Of a DNA stretch of 37,256 bases, positions 7,568-18,228 are shown one piece after another (positions within the stretch are counted from its first letter, which is position 1; every line of letters starts with the position of its first letter). The stretch lies in the NCBI GenBank assembly GCA_016287855.1, contig JAEEXS010000001.1, forward strand, positions 1-37,256, read 5' to 3'. This stretch comes from Clostridia bacterium. Lineage in GTDB: Bacteria; Bacillota; Clostridia; TANB77; RGIG9151. The translations under genes and the position numbers were made by a program. A model generated the notes under the pieces. That model did not search any database. It was not told the DNA's origin and worked only from the letters and a program-made list of their open reading frames with translations.

Positions 7568-9664
7568 ATGAATTATGAATTACTTGCACCAATTGGTTCA
7601 GCTATCGCCCTACTTTTTGCTGTTTATTTAGCATTAAAAGTATTGCGTGCTCCTGAAGGAAACGACACAATGAAAAAGATTTCAAGCCATATTCGTAAAG
7701 GTGCAAATGCCTACTTAAAACGCCAATATAGCATAGTTGGAATATTCTTTGCAGTTATGACTGTAGTACTTGCTATAATGGCTGTATTTGGTTATGTTAC
7801 ACCATTCGTTCCATTTGCCTTTTTAACCGGTGGTTTCTTCTCTGGTTTATCTGGTTTTATCGGAATGAAGATTGCTACTGCTGCTAACGCAAGAACAGCA
7901 AATGGTGCTAATGAGAGTCTTAATAAAGGCCTAAGAATTGCTTTCTCAGCTGGTGGCGTAATGGGATTTACTGTTGTAGGTCTTGGATTATTAGATATTT
8001 CAATCTGGTTCTTCTTCCTAAAATGGTGGTATTCAAATCCTGAACTTGCTTTAACTGCTGCAGAACAAATTGAAAAAATTACTTCTGCTATGTTAACATT
8101 CGGTATGGGTGCTTCTTCTATGGCTCTTTTCGCAAGAGTTGGTGGTGGTATCTTTACTAAAGCAGCCGATGTTGGTGCTGACTTAGTAGGAAAAGTTGAA
8201 GCTGGTATTCCTGAAGATGATGTTCGTAACCCTGCTACAATAGCTGATAATGTTGGAGATAACGTTGGAGACGTTGCAGGTATGGGTGCTGACTTATATG
8301 AATCATATGTTGGTTCAATTATTTCTACTAGTGCTTTAGCTGTTGCTGCTGGATACGGATTTGCAGGAGTTTCAATCCCTATGGCTATGGCTGCTATTGG
8401 TATTTTAGCTTCTATTATAGGTACTTTCTTAGTTAGAACTAAAGAAAATGCCGATCAAAAATATTTATTAAATGCACTTAGAAAAGGTACTTGGGTTAGT
8501 GGTATAATAATTGCAGTTGCTTCTTTCTTCTTAATTAAAACTGTATTTCCTGATAAAATTGGTATTTGGGGTTCTGTTATAACAGGTCTTGTTGCTGGAA
8601 TATTAATTGGATTCTTTACCGAGTACTATACTTCAGATACATATAAACCTACTAAAAAGTTAGCTGGAATGGCTGAAACTGGTTCCGCTACTGTTATAAT
8701 TGGTGGTTTATCTTTAGGTATGTTATCTACTGTTATCCCTGTTTTAATAATTGGTATAGCAATATTAATAAGTTATTGGTTATCTGGCGGAATGGAAGTT
8801 TATACTCACGGATTATATGGTATAGGACTTTCTGCAGTAGGTATGTTATCTACTTTAGGTATTACATTAGCTACTGATGCTTATGGTCCTGTTGCAGATA
8901 ACGCTGGTGGTATTGCTCAAATGTCTGGTCTTGATGAAGAAGTTCGTCGTAGAACTGATGCTCTTGATTCTTTAGGTAATACTACTGCTGCTACTGGAAA
9001 AGGATTTGCAATTGGTTCTGCAGCTTTAACTGCACTTGCACTTTTAACTTCATATATTGAAAGAATTAAGATTATAGATCCAGAATTTAATTTTGATTTA
9101 AGTATAACAAACCCTACTGTATTAATTGGTTTATTTGTTGGTGCTATGTTAACATTCTGGTTCGCATCAATGACAATGAGCGCTGTTGGTAATGCCGCAA
9201 AGAGTATTGTTATTGAAGTAAGACGTCAATTCAAAGAAATTAAAGGAATCATGGAAAACAAAGCAGAACCTGATTATGCAAAATGCGTAAATCTTTGCAC
9301 AAAGGCTGCTCAAAAAGAAATGATTTCTCCAGCATTAATCGCAATTGTTGCTCCTATCGTTACAGGTCTTATCTTGGGCGTAAACGGTGTTACAGGATTA
9401 CTTGCTGGTGCTACAGTAACTGGATTTATCTTAGCTATTATGATGGCTAACTCTGGAGGAGCTTGGGATAATTCTAAGAAATATATTGAAGCTGGAAACT
9501 TTGGTGGAAAAGGATCTGATCCTCACAAAGCAGCTGTTGTTGGAGATACAGTAGGAGATCCATTCAAGGATACTTCTGGTCCTTCAATAAATATATTAAT
9601 TAAACTTTTATCTATGGTTTCAATCGTATTTGCAGCTCTAATTGTTGCATTCCATATATTCTAA
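7568..9664 (+). CDS. hppA: membrane-bound pyrophosphate-energized cation pump (K+-dependent subfamily)
   Basis: 698 aa and polytopic, with motifs DNVGDNVGD and GDTVGDPFKDTSGPS. GNTTAATGKG carries Ala rather than Lys, which is the K+-dependent signature. Strong SD GAGGAGGGG. Confidence 0.95.
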   Translation: MNYELLAPIGSAIALLFAVYLALKVLRAPEGNDTMKKISSHIRKGANAYLKRQYSIVGIFFAVMTVVLAIMAVFGYVTPFVPFAFLTGGFFSGLSGFIGMKIATAANARTANGANESLNKGLRIAFSAGGVMGFTVVGLGLLDISIWFFFLKWWYSNPELALTAAEQIEKITSAMLTFGMGASSMALFARVGGGIFTKAADVGADLVGKVEAGIPEDDVRNPATIADNVGDNVGDVAGMGADLYESYVGSIISTSALAVAAGYGFAGVSIPMAMAAIGILASIIGTFLVRTKENADQKYLLNALRKGTWVSGIIIAVASFFLIKTVFPDKIGIWGSVITGLVAGILIGFFTEYYTSDTYKPTKKLAGMAETGSATVIIGGLSLGMLSTVIPVLIIGIAILISYWLSGGMEVYTHGLYGIGLSAVGMLSTLGITLATDAYGPVADNAGGIAQMSGLDEEVRRRTDALDSLGNTTAATGKGFAIGSAALTALALLTSYIERIKIIDPEFNFDLSITNPTVLIGLFVGAMLTFWFASMTMSAVGNAAKSIVIEVRRQFKEIKGIMENKAEPDYAKCVNLCTKAAQKEMISPALIAIVAPIVTGLILGVNGVTGLLAGATVTGFILAIMMANSGGAWDNSKKYIEAGNFGGKGSDPHKAAVVGDTVGDPFKDTSGPSINILIKLLSMVSIVFAALIVAFHIF

Positions 9665-9675
9665 TAATAGATAAT

Positions 9676-9708
9676 AAAAAGTCGCACTTTAAAGTGCGAC
9701 TTTTTTTA
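9676..9708 (+). terminator. intrinsic terminator after hppA
   Basis: AAAAAGTCGCACTTT/AAAGTGCGACTTTTTTT: perfect hairpin plus T7. Confidence 0.85.
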
Positions 9709-9719
9709 ATGTATTTTAT

Positions 9720-9795
9720 TGGAGCTCATAACCGGAGTCGAACCGGTGACCTCTTCATTACCAATGAAGTGCTCTGCCTGCTGAGCTATATGAGC
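9720..9795 (-). tRNA. tRNA-Thr (anticodon GGT)
   Basis: Reverse complement GCTCATATAGCTCAGCAGGCAGAGCA-CTTCA-TTGGTAA-TGAAG...GGTTCGACTCC...TATGAGC-T-CCA. Confidence 0.92.
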
Positions 9796-9810
9796 ATACG
9801 TACAAAAGAT

Positions 9811-9839
9811 ATATTACAATGTTAAAAGGTTATTGTCAA
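9811..9839 (-). promoter_or_regulatory. sigma-A type promoter for the solitary tRNA-Thr
   Basis: Minus strand TTGACA (9834-9839), 17 bp, TAATAT (9811-9816), about 15 nt upstream of the tRNA 5' end. Confidence 0.6.
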
Positions 9840-9860
9840 TAACCTTTTAATTATTTTAGC

Positions 9861-9896
9861 CAAAAAAAGAAAACGTAGCAAATTCTACGTTTTCTT
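9861..9896 (-). terminator. intrinsic terminator after secF
   Basis: Minus strand AGAAAACGUAG-loop-CUACGUUUUCU followed by a U7 run. Confidence 0.8.
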
Positions 9897-9907
9897 TTTT
9901 CATATTT

Positions 9908-10846
9908 TTACTTTTTAGCTTTTTTATTACCTGAATTAGTAACTCTTCTCCAATCATACCACAAGTTACTTGCCAAGCAAAGTGAAGTATATGTTCCTAT
10001 TATCATTCCAACCATTAATGGCAATGCAAAACGTTGCATTGAAGTAACCTTATACCAAGCGCTAAATCCAAAGATTAAAGCTAACGCAACTGTTACAGAA
10101 ACACTAGTAAAGATTGTTCTTCTTACACTTTGAGATATACTCATACTAATTAATTCTTTATCTTCCATTTTTCTATGTAACAATTGATTTTCTCTTATTC
10201 TATCATAAACAACAACCGTATCGTTTACAGAGTATCCTAAAATAGTAAGTAAAGCTGCAACGAAAGTTGTATTAAGTGGGAATCCACATAAAGAATAAAC
10301 TGCACACATAATTATTAAGTCATGAACCAATGCTAAAGCAGCTGTTATTCCAGCAGAAAAACCACCTGCTTTTCTAAATGCGAAACCAATATATAATATA
10401 ATTGCGATTATAGCAATTATTGTAGCACGTACTGCTCTACTTTTCATTTCATCTCCAAAAGTAGGTTTTACAGTTCTAAATGTTGCTAATTCGCCAATAT
10501 TTTCTATACTATATGTTTCACCTATTTTATTGATTATATCATCTTTTTCACTTTCTTCTAAAGCATTTGCACTAATAGATATACCAGAAGAAATTACATT
10601 CCCTTCCTCATCTCTTCTTTCAGATTTTTGAACTCTAGGCTCTGAATTTGGTGCAAATTCTTTTACAATTCCTTCAATAATAACATTATCCACATCAACT
10701 GGTAATGTCATATCTATCACTGTACCACCGCTAAATTCTATATCTTGTTGGAACCCTTTAACTGCAAAGGATATAACAGATAATACAATTAAAATAGCGG
10801 AAAAAATGTAAAACCATTTTCTATTTTCTACAAAATTAAATTTCAT
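9908..10846 (-). CDS. secF: protein translocase subunit SecF
   Basis: 312 aa with N-terminal TM, periplasmic-type domain and C-terminal 5-TM bundle (GYSVNDTVVVYDRIREN). Lies directly downstream of secD. Confidence 0.93.
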   Translation of the reverse strand: MKFNFVENRKWFYIFSAILIVLSVISFAVKGFQQDIEFSGGTVIDMTLPVDVDNVIIEGIVKEFAPNSEPRVQKSERRDEEGNVISSGISISANALEESEKDDIINKIGETYSIENIGELATFRTVKPTFGDEMKSRAVRATIIAIIAIILYIGFAFRKAGGFSAGITAALALVHDLIIMCAVYSLCGFPLNTTFVAALLTILGYSVNDTVVVYDRIRENQLLHRKMEDKELISMSISQSVRRTIFTSVSVTVALALIFGFSAWYKVTSMQRFALPLMVGMIIGTYTSLCLASNLWYDWRRVTNSGNKKAKK

Positions 10847-10860
10847 CTGTCATCCCTCCT

Positions 10861-12156
10861 TTATATTCCATATACATGTTTGTTAGGTTTATCTACCACT
10901 TGAGAAGTCCATCTCATCATAAAGCGTAACACTAACATTGAAACTATAAAGCTCAAAACCGTACCTACAACTAATGCTATTGCAAAGCCTTTTACAGGGC
11001 CGGTTCCAAAATACCAAAGTATGCAACCAGAAATAACTGTTGTAAGGTTTGAATCACGAACTGCTGAAAATGCTCTATTAAAAGACAAATCTACAGCTGT
11101 TTTTAAGGTCTTACCAGATTTAATTTCTTCTCTAAACCTCTCATAAATAATTACACTAGCATCAACCGCCATTGCAACAGTAAGAATTATACCTGCAATT
11201 CCAGGCAATGTAATTGTAATACTAGCCCATTCATGAACTAATAAGAATAAGCTACCAAATAGAACTAATGCAATAATTGTGAGTAAACCAGGTAATCTAT
11301 AAATAATTAACAACAATAATACTACAACTATAAATGCTGCAATTCCGGCTCTTACAGTTACGGTAAATGCTTCTTGTCCAATTGTAGGTCCAATATATTC
11401 TTCGTTTTCAACTTTTAATGTGAATGGTAATGCACCAGAAGAAATTAATTCAGCCATTTCACGAGCTTCTTTTGCAGTATATTCACCCGTAATTATAGGG
11501 TTCGCTGTTTCAATTCTTTCATGAACAGTTGGTGCCATTAACATCTCATCATCTAAGTAAATATATATTATATTTCCAATTGCTCTTTCTGTTGCATCTG
11601 CGAATTTAGTAACAGCTTCGTCAGAAAGTTGTAATTGAATATAGTATGAATTTTGACCTAAAGCATCATTTTTTACATTACCATATTCTGCTTTTGCTCC
11701 AACTATATCTGCACCTTCCATTATTACAGATAAAACTTCTTGTTCGTTTCCTTCTTCGTCTGTAACGGTTTGAGATTCAAGGAATTGCAATTTAGCAGTC
11801 TTTCCTAAGAAATCACTAGCTTCTTTTGGATCTGTAAAACCAGGAATCTCAACAACAAGCATACGATTATCTGAATTTGTATCATCAATTGTAACTGTGG
11901 CTTCATTTAAGCCCTTTACATCTAAACGGTTTCTTAATACCATTTGAGCGACATTCAACCCCTCGGTTGTAATCTCCTCTCCTTCTGGCTTGTAAACAAG
12001 TCTTACACCACCAGCAATATCTAATCCCATTCTTAATTGACTTACTCCAGGCATTATTTGGGTGTCTTTAACTTTAAAACCATAATAAGCGCCTAAAGCT
12101 AGTCCTACTGTAATTAAGAGAACTAGGATAAGACAAATCGAACTTTTTACTTTCAT
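10861..12156 (-). CDS. secD: protein translocase subunit SecD
   Basis: 431 aa with LGLDIAGGVRLVY-type motif and C-terminal RND-like TM bundle (AVDASVIIYERFREE). Confidence 0.93.
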   Translation of the reverse strand: MKVKSSICLILVLLITVGLALGAYYGFKVKDTQIMPGVSQLRMGLDIAGGVRLVYKPEGEEITTEGLNVAQMVLRNRLDVKGLNEATVTIDDTNSDNRMLVVEIPGFTDPKEASDFLGKTAKLQFLESQTVTDEEGNEQEVLSVIMEGADIVGAKAEYGNVKNDALGQNSYYIQLQLSDEAVTKFADATERAIGNIIYIYLDDEMLMAPTVHERIETANPIITGEYTAKEAREMAELISSGALPFTLKVENEEYIGPTIGQEAFTVTVRAGIAAFIVVVLLLLIIYRLPGLLTIIALVLFGSLFLLVHEWASITITLPGIAGIILTVAMAVDASVIIYERFREEIKSGKTLKTAVDLSFNRAFSAVRDSNLTTVISGCILWYFGTGPVKGFAIALVVGTVLSFIVSMLVLRFMMRWTSQVVDKPNKHVYGI

Positions 12157-12264
12157 TATTTTTGCCTCCCTTTTTTGTTTTCCGTCCGTAAATTCTAATT
12201 CAAATATTGTTACTTAATTGAAAAAGAAACATACAAACACGAAAAAAGTATATTTTAATTTTTG

Positions 12265-13134
12265 TCAAAAGTCAACAGAAAAAATTTTCTTACAAGGTTT
12301 TATAATCTCATTAGAAATAGTACAAATTCCATATAATTTTTTGTCTATATACACCCTATATAGCCCATCTTCTAAGCCTTCTTTTTTCAATCTAATTCCA
12401 TTTATATACTGTTTTTCTTCTTTTTCGTCTAACTCTATAATTTGGAACTTTTCTAAAACACTCTCTAAATCTATAATATACTTTCCAGGGCTCTCCTTAA
12501 TATCTTCTAGTTTTACTGAAGTTGAACTCGAAAAACTTCCTGCTTTTATTCTTTCTAGTTTTGACATAGTTGCTCCGCAACCTATTTTCTCACCTATATC
12601 TCTGCACAACGTCCTAATATATGTTCCTTTAGAGCAATGTACCGTAAAAGAAATTTTATCTTCTTCCATTTTAATATTATATATATCAAATATCTCTATT
12701 TCTCGACCTTTTCTTTCTATCTCTTGCCCAACTCTCGCTAACTCATAAAGCTTTTTCCCATTAACTTTTAGCGCTGAATACATTGGTGGTACTTGAATTT
12801 GTTTTCCTATAAAAGACTTTATTACTTCACTAATTTTTTCAAAATTTAAATCATAATCTTTTAAATCATTTTCTTTTAAAACATTGCCCCATATATCTTC
12901 TGTATCCGTTTCTATACCTAATTTTAGCTCTGCATTATATATTTTATCATCATTTTCCATATACTCAATTACTTTTGTAGCTCTCCCCACTGCAACCACT
13001 AAAACTCCAGTAGCATTAGGGTCTAGTGTACCAGAATGACCAACTGACTTAGTATTAGTGATTTTTCTTATTTTAGAAACAACGTCAAAAGAAGTCATCC
13101 CCGCTTCTTTATATATATTAAATAGTCCATCCAT
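12265..13134 (-). CDS. truB: tRNA pseudouridine(55) synthase
   Basis: GHSGTLDPNATGVL catalytic-Asp motif, 289 aa, C-terminal PUA-like segment. Confidence 0.93.
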   Translation of the reverse strand: MDGLFNIYKEAGMTSFDVVSKIRKITNTKSVGHSGTLDPNATGVLVVAVGRATKVIEYMENDDKIYNAELKLGIETDTEDIWGNVLKENDLKDYDLNFEKISEVIKSFIGKQIQVPPMYSALKVNGKKLYELARVGQEIERKGREIEIFDIYNIKMEEDKISFTVHCSKGTYIRTLCRDIGEKIGCGATMSKLERIKAGSFSSSTSVKLEDIKESPGKYIIDLESVLEKFQIIELDEKEEKQYINGIRLKKEGLEDGLYRVYIDKKLYGICTISNEIIKPCKKIFSVDF

Positions 13135-13261
13135 AATTTTTTCCCTTTCTTAAGTCTTCACTCCATTTTCTCACAAATACGACAATATGTAAATAATTAT
13201 ATTTTTTGCTATTTACATTTTTTGGAATTTGTGATATATTTCCAGCGAGGTGAATTTTTTA

Positions 13262-14353
13262 ATGAATTTTTATATGCTTTGGCTTACAAAAGTATTTAAT
13301 GTAAGCAATGTTAAACTAATGGAATTTAGCTCTATAATTCCACCCAATGTAGCGTATAACTCAACTAAAGAGGATTTTGAAGAATTAAATATTCCAGAAA
13401 ATTTAATCGAGAAACTACTTTCTACAAAAATAAAAGACGAAGCAAAACGTGACTTCGAATTTTGCGAAAAAGAAAATATAAAAATAATAGATATAACATC
13501 TAATGAATATCCTTTTAACTTATTTAATATACCATCTCCCCCTCCAATACTATATTGTAAAGGGACTCTTTTACCACAAGATGAAATATCTATTTCAATA
13601 GTAGGCTCAAGGAAATATAGCGAATATGGAATGTTATGCACAAAAAAGTTTGCATATGAATTAGCTAAATGTGGAATAAGTATAATAAGTGGTATGGCAA
13701 GTGGAATAGACTCCTTTGCCCATAAATATGCATTAGAAGCAAAAGGCAGAACTATTGCCGTTCTTGGGAATAGTGTAAATATTATATATCCTGAAGAAAA
13801 CAAAAAATTATATTATGATATTATCCAAAATGGCGCGATAATTTCTGAATTTCCATTAAATACTGCTCCTCTTCCTAAAAATTTCCCTGTAAGAAATAGA
13901 ATTGTTGCTGGAATGTCGCTTGGAACACTTGTAATAGAGGCAAATAAAAAAAGTGGAACAATGATAACTGCTCGTCTTGCAGCTGAAGCTGGAAGAAATG
14001 TATATGCTGTGCCTGGTTCAATATTTTCTCAGAGTTCACTTGGCACAAGCTCTTTAATAAAAGATGGTGCAAAAATAACTACATCTACTGAAGATATTAT
14101 AGAAGACATATTTTTCGAAATTTCAAAAAAACTTCCAAGGTCAGAACAAATTTCATTATTTGATACACCAAAACTTTCCGATAAAGAAAATGTGATTTAT
14201 AAAAAACTGTCGCTGATGCCTACAACTATTGATAATTTAGTTTGTGATACAAAACTTCCAATAAGTGAATTAATTTCAATTTTATCCATGCTCGAAATTA
14301 ACGGATATATAAAATCTCTTCCAGGAAGACAGTATGTTATAAACGCAAAATAA
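13262..14353 (+). CDS. dprA: DNA-processing protein DprA (Smf)
   Basis: Rossmann-like core GSRKYSEYG...GMASGIDSFAHKYAL...RNRIVAG, C-terminal winged-helix region, and the classical dprA-topA pairing. The ATG at 13262 follows GAGGTG; the track start 13250 is a GTG inside the SD. Confidence 0.9.
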   Translation: MNFYMLWLTKVFNVSNVKLMEFSSIIPPNVAYNSTKEDFEELNIPENLIEKLLSTKIKDEAKRDFEFCEKENIKIIDITSNEYPFNLFNIPSPPPILYCKGTLLPQDEISISIVGSRKYSEYGMLCTKKFAYELAKCGISIISGMASGIDSFAHKYALEAKGRTIAVLGNSVNIIYPEENKKLYYDIIQNGAIISEFPLNTAPLPKNFPVRNRIVAGMSLGTLVIEANKKSGTMITARLAAEAGRNVYAVPGSIFSQSSLGTSSLIKDGAKITTSTEDIIEDIFFEISKKLPRSEQISLFDTPKLSDKENVIYKKLSLMPTTIDNLVCDTKLPISELISILSMLEINGYIKSLPGRQYVINAK

Positions 14354-14419
14354 TTGTTGCATATTTTTTTTTAATGTTGTAAACTCTATATGAGTTTTGA
14401 ACTTAGAACGGAGGATAAA

Positions 14420-16483
14420 ATGGCTAATTATTTGATTATTGTTGAGTCTCCTGCTAAATCAAAAACTATAAAAAAGTTTTTGGGAAACAATTATAAAGTA
14501 GTAGCTTCAATGGGACACATAAGAGATTTGCCTAAAAGTCAATTAGGTGTAGATATTGAAAACGACTTTGAACCTAAATATATAAATATACGTGGTAAAG
14601 CTGCGTTAATAAACGAATTGAAAAAAGAAGCAAAAGCCGCAAAAAAAGTATATCTTGCAACGGACCCTGATCGTGAAGGAGAAGCGATTTCTTGGCACCT
14701 TGCATATCTACTAGATATTCCAAGTAAAAAAATACAAAGAATTACTTTTAACGAAATTACTGAATCAGCTGTAAAAAGTGCAATTGAAAATCCACGTGAA
14801 ATAGATATGAATCTTGTAGATGCTCAACAAGCTAGACGTGTTTTAGATAGAATTGTTGGATACAAAATAAGTCCTCTACTTTGGAAAAATGTAAAAAAAG
14901 GACTTAGTGCTGGACGTGTTCAATCTGTAGCGCTTGAAATGGTTGTTAAACGTGAAGAAGAAATAGAAAAGTTTGTGCCAGAAGAGTACTGGTCAATTAT
15001 CGCAAAACTATCCGATGCTAAATCTAAAAAAACATTTGATGCTAAATTTTATGGGACTTTAGAAAAGAAACTAGATATTACATCAAAAGCTCAAGCAGAT
15101 AAAATTTTAAAAGATATAAAAGATGCTAAATATACTGTGACTTCTATAAACCCTGGTGAGAAAAAACGCAATCCTGCACCGCCTTTTATAACAAGTACTT
15201 TGCAACAAGAAGCATCTAGAAAATATGGCTTTGGCACATCAAAAACAATGATGATTGCTCAACAATTATACGAAGGTCTTGAAGTTAATGGGCACGGAAC
15301 TATTGGTTTAATTACCTATATGAGAACTGACTCTACACGTATCGCTACCGAAGCTCAAGAAGAAGCCAAGAAAATAATAGTAAAAGAATACGGAAAAGAT
15401 TTTTATCCAGATACTCCTAACGTTTATAAATCAAAAAAAGGTTCTCAAGATGCTCACGAAGCGATTCGTCCATCTTATATATCTATAAAACCTGACGAAA
15501 TAAAATCTTCCGTAACTCCGGAACAATATAAATTATATAAATTAATTTGGGAAAGATTTATGGCTAGCCAAATGACACCTGCAATATATAAAACAATGAC
15601 AGTAGATATTGCTGCAAATGACTATTTATTTAAGGCAACTGGCTCTCAAATTAAATTCCCTGGTTTTATGACTCTATATATTGAATCAACAGATGATAAT
15701 TCAACTAACGATAAAGACGTATTACTTCCTGAATTAAAGGAAAAACAAGTGTTAAAACTAGATGAATTATTACCTGCTCAACATTTCACAGAACCACCTG
15801 CAAGATATTCAGAAGCTGGCCTTGTAAGAGCTTTAGAAGAAAAAGGAATAGGTCGTCCTAGTACTTATGCTCCTACGATTTCAACTATAATTGCACGCGG
15901 ATATGTAGATCGTGAGAAAAAAATTCTTTATCCAACTGAACTTGGAACGATAGTTTCTAATTTATTGGAAGAACATTTTAAAGATATTATGGATTTAACC
16001 TTTACCGCCTCTATGGAATCTGATTTAGATAGCGTAGAAGAGGGCGAAAAAAGATGGAAAAGCGTAATACGTGAATTTTATTCTAAATTTGCAAAGACTT
16101 TAGAACTCGCAGAAGAGCATATTGGCAAGGTTGAACTAAAATATGAAGAAAGTAATGTGCCTTGTGAAAAATGCGGAAGAATGATGGTTATAAAGCAAGG
16201 GAAATACGGGAAATTTTTAGCATGTCCTGGTTTTCCTGAATGTAGAAATGCAAAACCTATTGTTGAAGAAACTAAATATTTATGCCCTGTTTGTGGCGGA
16301 AAAATATTAATTAAAAAATCTAAACGTGGTAAGAAATATTATGCATGTGAGAATAGTGCTAATTGTAAATTTATGATATGGGAAGCACCTACTGATGAAA
16401 AATGCCCTAAATGCGGAACTTTCTTGTGTAAAAAAGGTAAAAAACTTGTATGTGCCAACCCAAAATGTGAATTTGAAAAGTAA
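14420..16483 (+). CDS. topA: DNA topoisomerase I
   Basis: Toprim N-terminus LIIVESPAKSKTIKKFL, active-site region YMRTDSTR, C-terminal Cys4 zinc ribbons. Start is at MANYLII (14420) behind GGAGG. Confidence 0.96.
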   Translation: MANYLIIVESPAKSKTIKKFLGNNYKVVASMGHIRDLPKSQLGVDIENDFEPKYINIRGKAALINELKKEAKAAKKVYLATDPDREGEAISWHLAYLLDIPSKKIQRITFNEITESAVKSAIENPREIDMNLVDAQQARRVLDRIVGYKISPLLWKNVKKGLSAGRVQSVALEMVVKREEEIEKFVPEEYWSIIAKLSDAKSKKTFDAKFYGTLEKKLDITSKAQADKILKDIKDAKYTVTSINPGEKKRNPAPPFITSTLQQEASRKYGFGTSKTMMIAQQLYEGLEVNGHGTIGLITYMRTDSTRIATEAQEEAKKIIVKEYGKDFYPDTPNVYKSKKGSQDAHEAIRPSYISIKPDEIKSSVTPEQYKLYKLIWERFMASQMTPAIYKTMTVDIAANDYLFKATGSQIKFPGFMTLYIESTDDNSTNDKDVLLPELKEKQVLKLDELLPAQHFTEPPARYSEAGLVRALEEKGIGRPSTYAPTISTIIARGYVDREKKILYPTELGTIVSNLLEEHFKDIMDLTFTASMESDLDSVEEGEKRWKSVIREFYSKFAKTLELAEEHIGKVELKYEESNVPCEKCGRMMVIKQGKYGKFLACPGFPECRNAKPIVEETKYLCPVCGGKILIKKSKRGKKYYACENSANCKFMIWEAPTDEKCPKCGTFLCKKGKKLVCANPKCEFEK

Positions 16484-16490
16484 AAATTAA

Positions 16491-16540
16491 AACTTAACAA
16501 AAACATGATTAGTTGTGTTTTTTGTTAAGTTTTTTTTTTG
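16491..16540 (+). terminator. intrinsic terminator after topA
   Basis: AACTTAACAAAAACA...TGTTTTTTGTTAAGTT followed by T9. Confidence 0.8.
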
Positions 16541-16588
16541 GTTGCCGATACTAAATTGTACTTAAATATAATTGGAGGATAGAATTTT

Positions 16589-17401
16589 ATGGATATATTG
16601 AGTGTTGGTGGATTAGTTTTAGCTTTTACAATGTTTATAGTCGCATTCTTTATGGAAGGTGGAACTTTTGAATCATTATTGCAGCCAACTTCAGCTATGA
16701 TAGTTTTTGGTGGTACGTTTGGTACAATAATGGTTTCCTTCCCTATGACTGAACTTAAAAAACTGGGAAAGTGTATGAAAATAGTATTCTTCAATGCACC
16801 AGTTGATCGTCTTGCAATAATAGATAAGTTAGCTGAATTAGGAGATAAAGCTAGACGTTCTGGAATATTAAGCCTTGAAGAAGAAATTCCAAAACAAGAC
16901 AATATGTTAATAAAAAAAGGACTTGAATTAATCATGAGCGGTCTTGATAAAGACCTTGTTTATGATGCATTATCTCGTCAAGCCGAAATAGATGAAAAAG
17001 ATTTAGACGCTTGTGCGGCTATATTTGAGGCTGCCGGTGGTTACTCCCCTACTATGGGTATTATCGGTACAGTTATGGGTATGATAAGCGTTCTTAGTAA
17101 TATAAGTGGAGGAGCTGAGGAACTTGGTCACTCCATAGCCGTTGCATTCGTTGCTACGTTGTACGGTGTTTGTTTTGCAAACGTTGTTTACCTTGCATTC
17201 GGAAGAAAAATTAAAACTGTTATGAAAAACCAAATGGCTGCATCTGAATTAGTTGTAGAAGGTATTGTTGCTATACAAGCAGGAGAAAACCCTAAAGTTA
17301 TGAAAGATAAACTAGGCTATGAAACAATTGCAGAATTAGAGGGAGTTAACTTAGAAGCTAGAGCTGCTGCTGCTAAAGCAGCTAAACAAAATGCACAATA
17401 G
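16589..17401 (+). CDS. motA: flagellar-type stator protein MotA (MotA/TolQ/ExbB proton channel)
   Basis: 270 aa with 4 TM segments. Conserved C-terminal channel region GYSPTMGIIGTVMGMI...AFVATLYGV. Followed by motB. Confidence 0.85.
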   Translation: MDILSVGGLVLAFTMFIVAFFMEGGTFESLLQPTSAMIVFGGTFGTIMVSFPMTELKKLGKCMKIVFFNAPVDRLAIIDKLAELGDKARRSGILSLEEEIPKQDNMLIKKGLELIMSGLDKDLVYDALSRQAEIDEKDLDACAAIFEAAGGYSPTMGIIGTVMGMISVLSNISGGAEELGHSIAVAFVATLYGVCFANVVYLAFGRKIKTVMKNQMAASELVVEGIVAIQAGENPKVMKDKLGYETIAELEGVNLEARAAAAKAAKQNAQ

Positions 17402-17417
17402 TAAGGAGTGAAAGTAT

Positions 17418-18158
17418 ATGCCAAAGAAAGCTAAATTGCCTCCTGAAGAACACGAAAATTCTGAACGTTGGACCGTTACATATTCCGACTTGATGAATTT
17501 GTTGCTAGTATTTTTTATAGTTTTATATTCTACTGCTAACCAAGATACAGAAAGAGCAAAAGAAGTTTTAAGTGCTATTGCCGGTGCTATGAGTGGTACA
17601 GAGTTTATATTAGATGGTAGCGGAGATAGTATTCTAGATAGTTATTCTGGCGGAGAATTAACTAACGAAGCAATCGAAGCTAGAAATATGGAAGCCGTTA
17701 AAGAAGCTGTTGAACAAATGTCTGAAGCGATGGGAATGGCTGAAGGTTCTATAGAAGTTGCAATCGATGAAGTGGGGGTTCATATAAAAATAAAAGATGC
17801 CGTATTGTTTAATAGTGGAAGTGCTGCAATAAATGCAAATGCTCAACCCGTAATGATAAAACTCGGCGAAATATTAAAAAATCTTCCTAACAACTATATT
17901 CAAGTTGAAGGACATACAGATAATATTCCTATGGGTGGGAATCCTAATATTCCTACTAACTGGGAACTAGGAAGTTTAAGAGCAGTAAATGTGCTTAGAA
18001 TACTAGTCGAAAAAGCCGCACTTAATCCTGCTTACTTAAACGCTACATCTTATGGTGAATTTAGACCAATCGATACAAATAGTACACCTGAAGGGCGTGC
18101 AAATAATCGTCGAGTAGAGATTACAATTTTAAGAAATTATGCTGTTTCAGAAATGTAA
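17418..18158 (+). CDS. motB: flagellar-type stator protein MotB (OmpA-like C-terminal domain)
   Basis: N-terminal TM carrying the conserved Asp (TYSDLMNLLLVFF). OmpA-like end GHTDNIP...NWELGSLRA...NRRVEI. Confidence 0.85.
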   Translation: MPKKAKLPPEEHENSERWTVTYSDLMNLLLVFFIVLYSTANQDTERAKEVLSAIAGAMSGTEFILDGSGDSILDSYSGGELTNEAIEARNMEAVKEAVEQMSEAMGMAEGSIEVAIDEVGVHIKIKDAVLFNSGSAAINANAQPVMIKLGEILKNLPNNYIQVEGHTDNIPMGGNPNIPTNWELGSLRAVNVLRILVEKAALNPAYLNATSYGEFRPIDTNSTPEGRANNRRVEITILRNYAVSEM

Positions 18159-18167
18159 ATTGGATAT

Positions 18168-18198
18168 AAAAAATGAGGATTGCGATCCTCATTTTTTT
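18168..18198. terminator. bidirectional intrinsic terminator (motB / pilin-like gene)
   Basis: AAAAAATGAGGAT-TGCG-ATCCTCATTTTTTT, with A/T runs on both sides between the convergent genes. Confidence 0.8.
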
Positions 18199-18228
18199 GT
18201 ACCACCAATTAATTCAATTCTCTATTAA

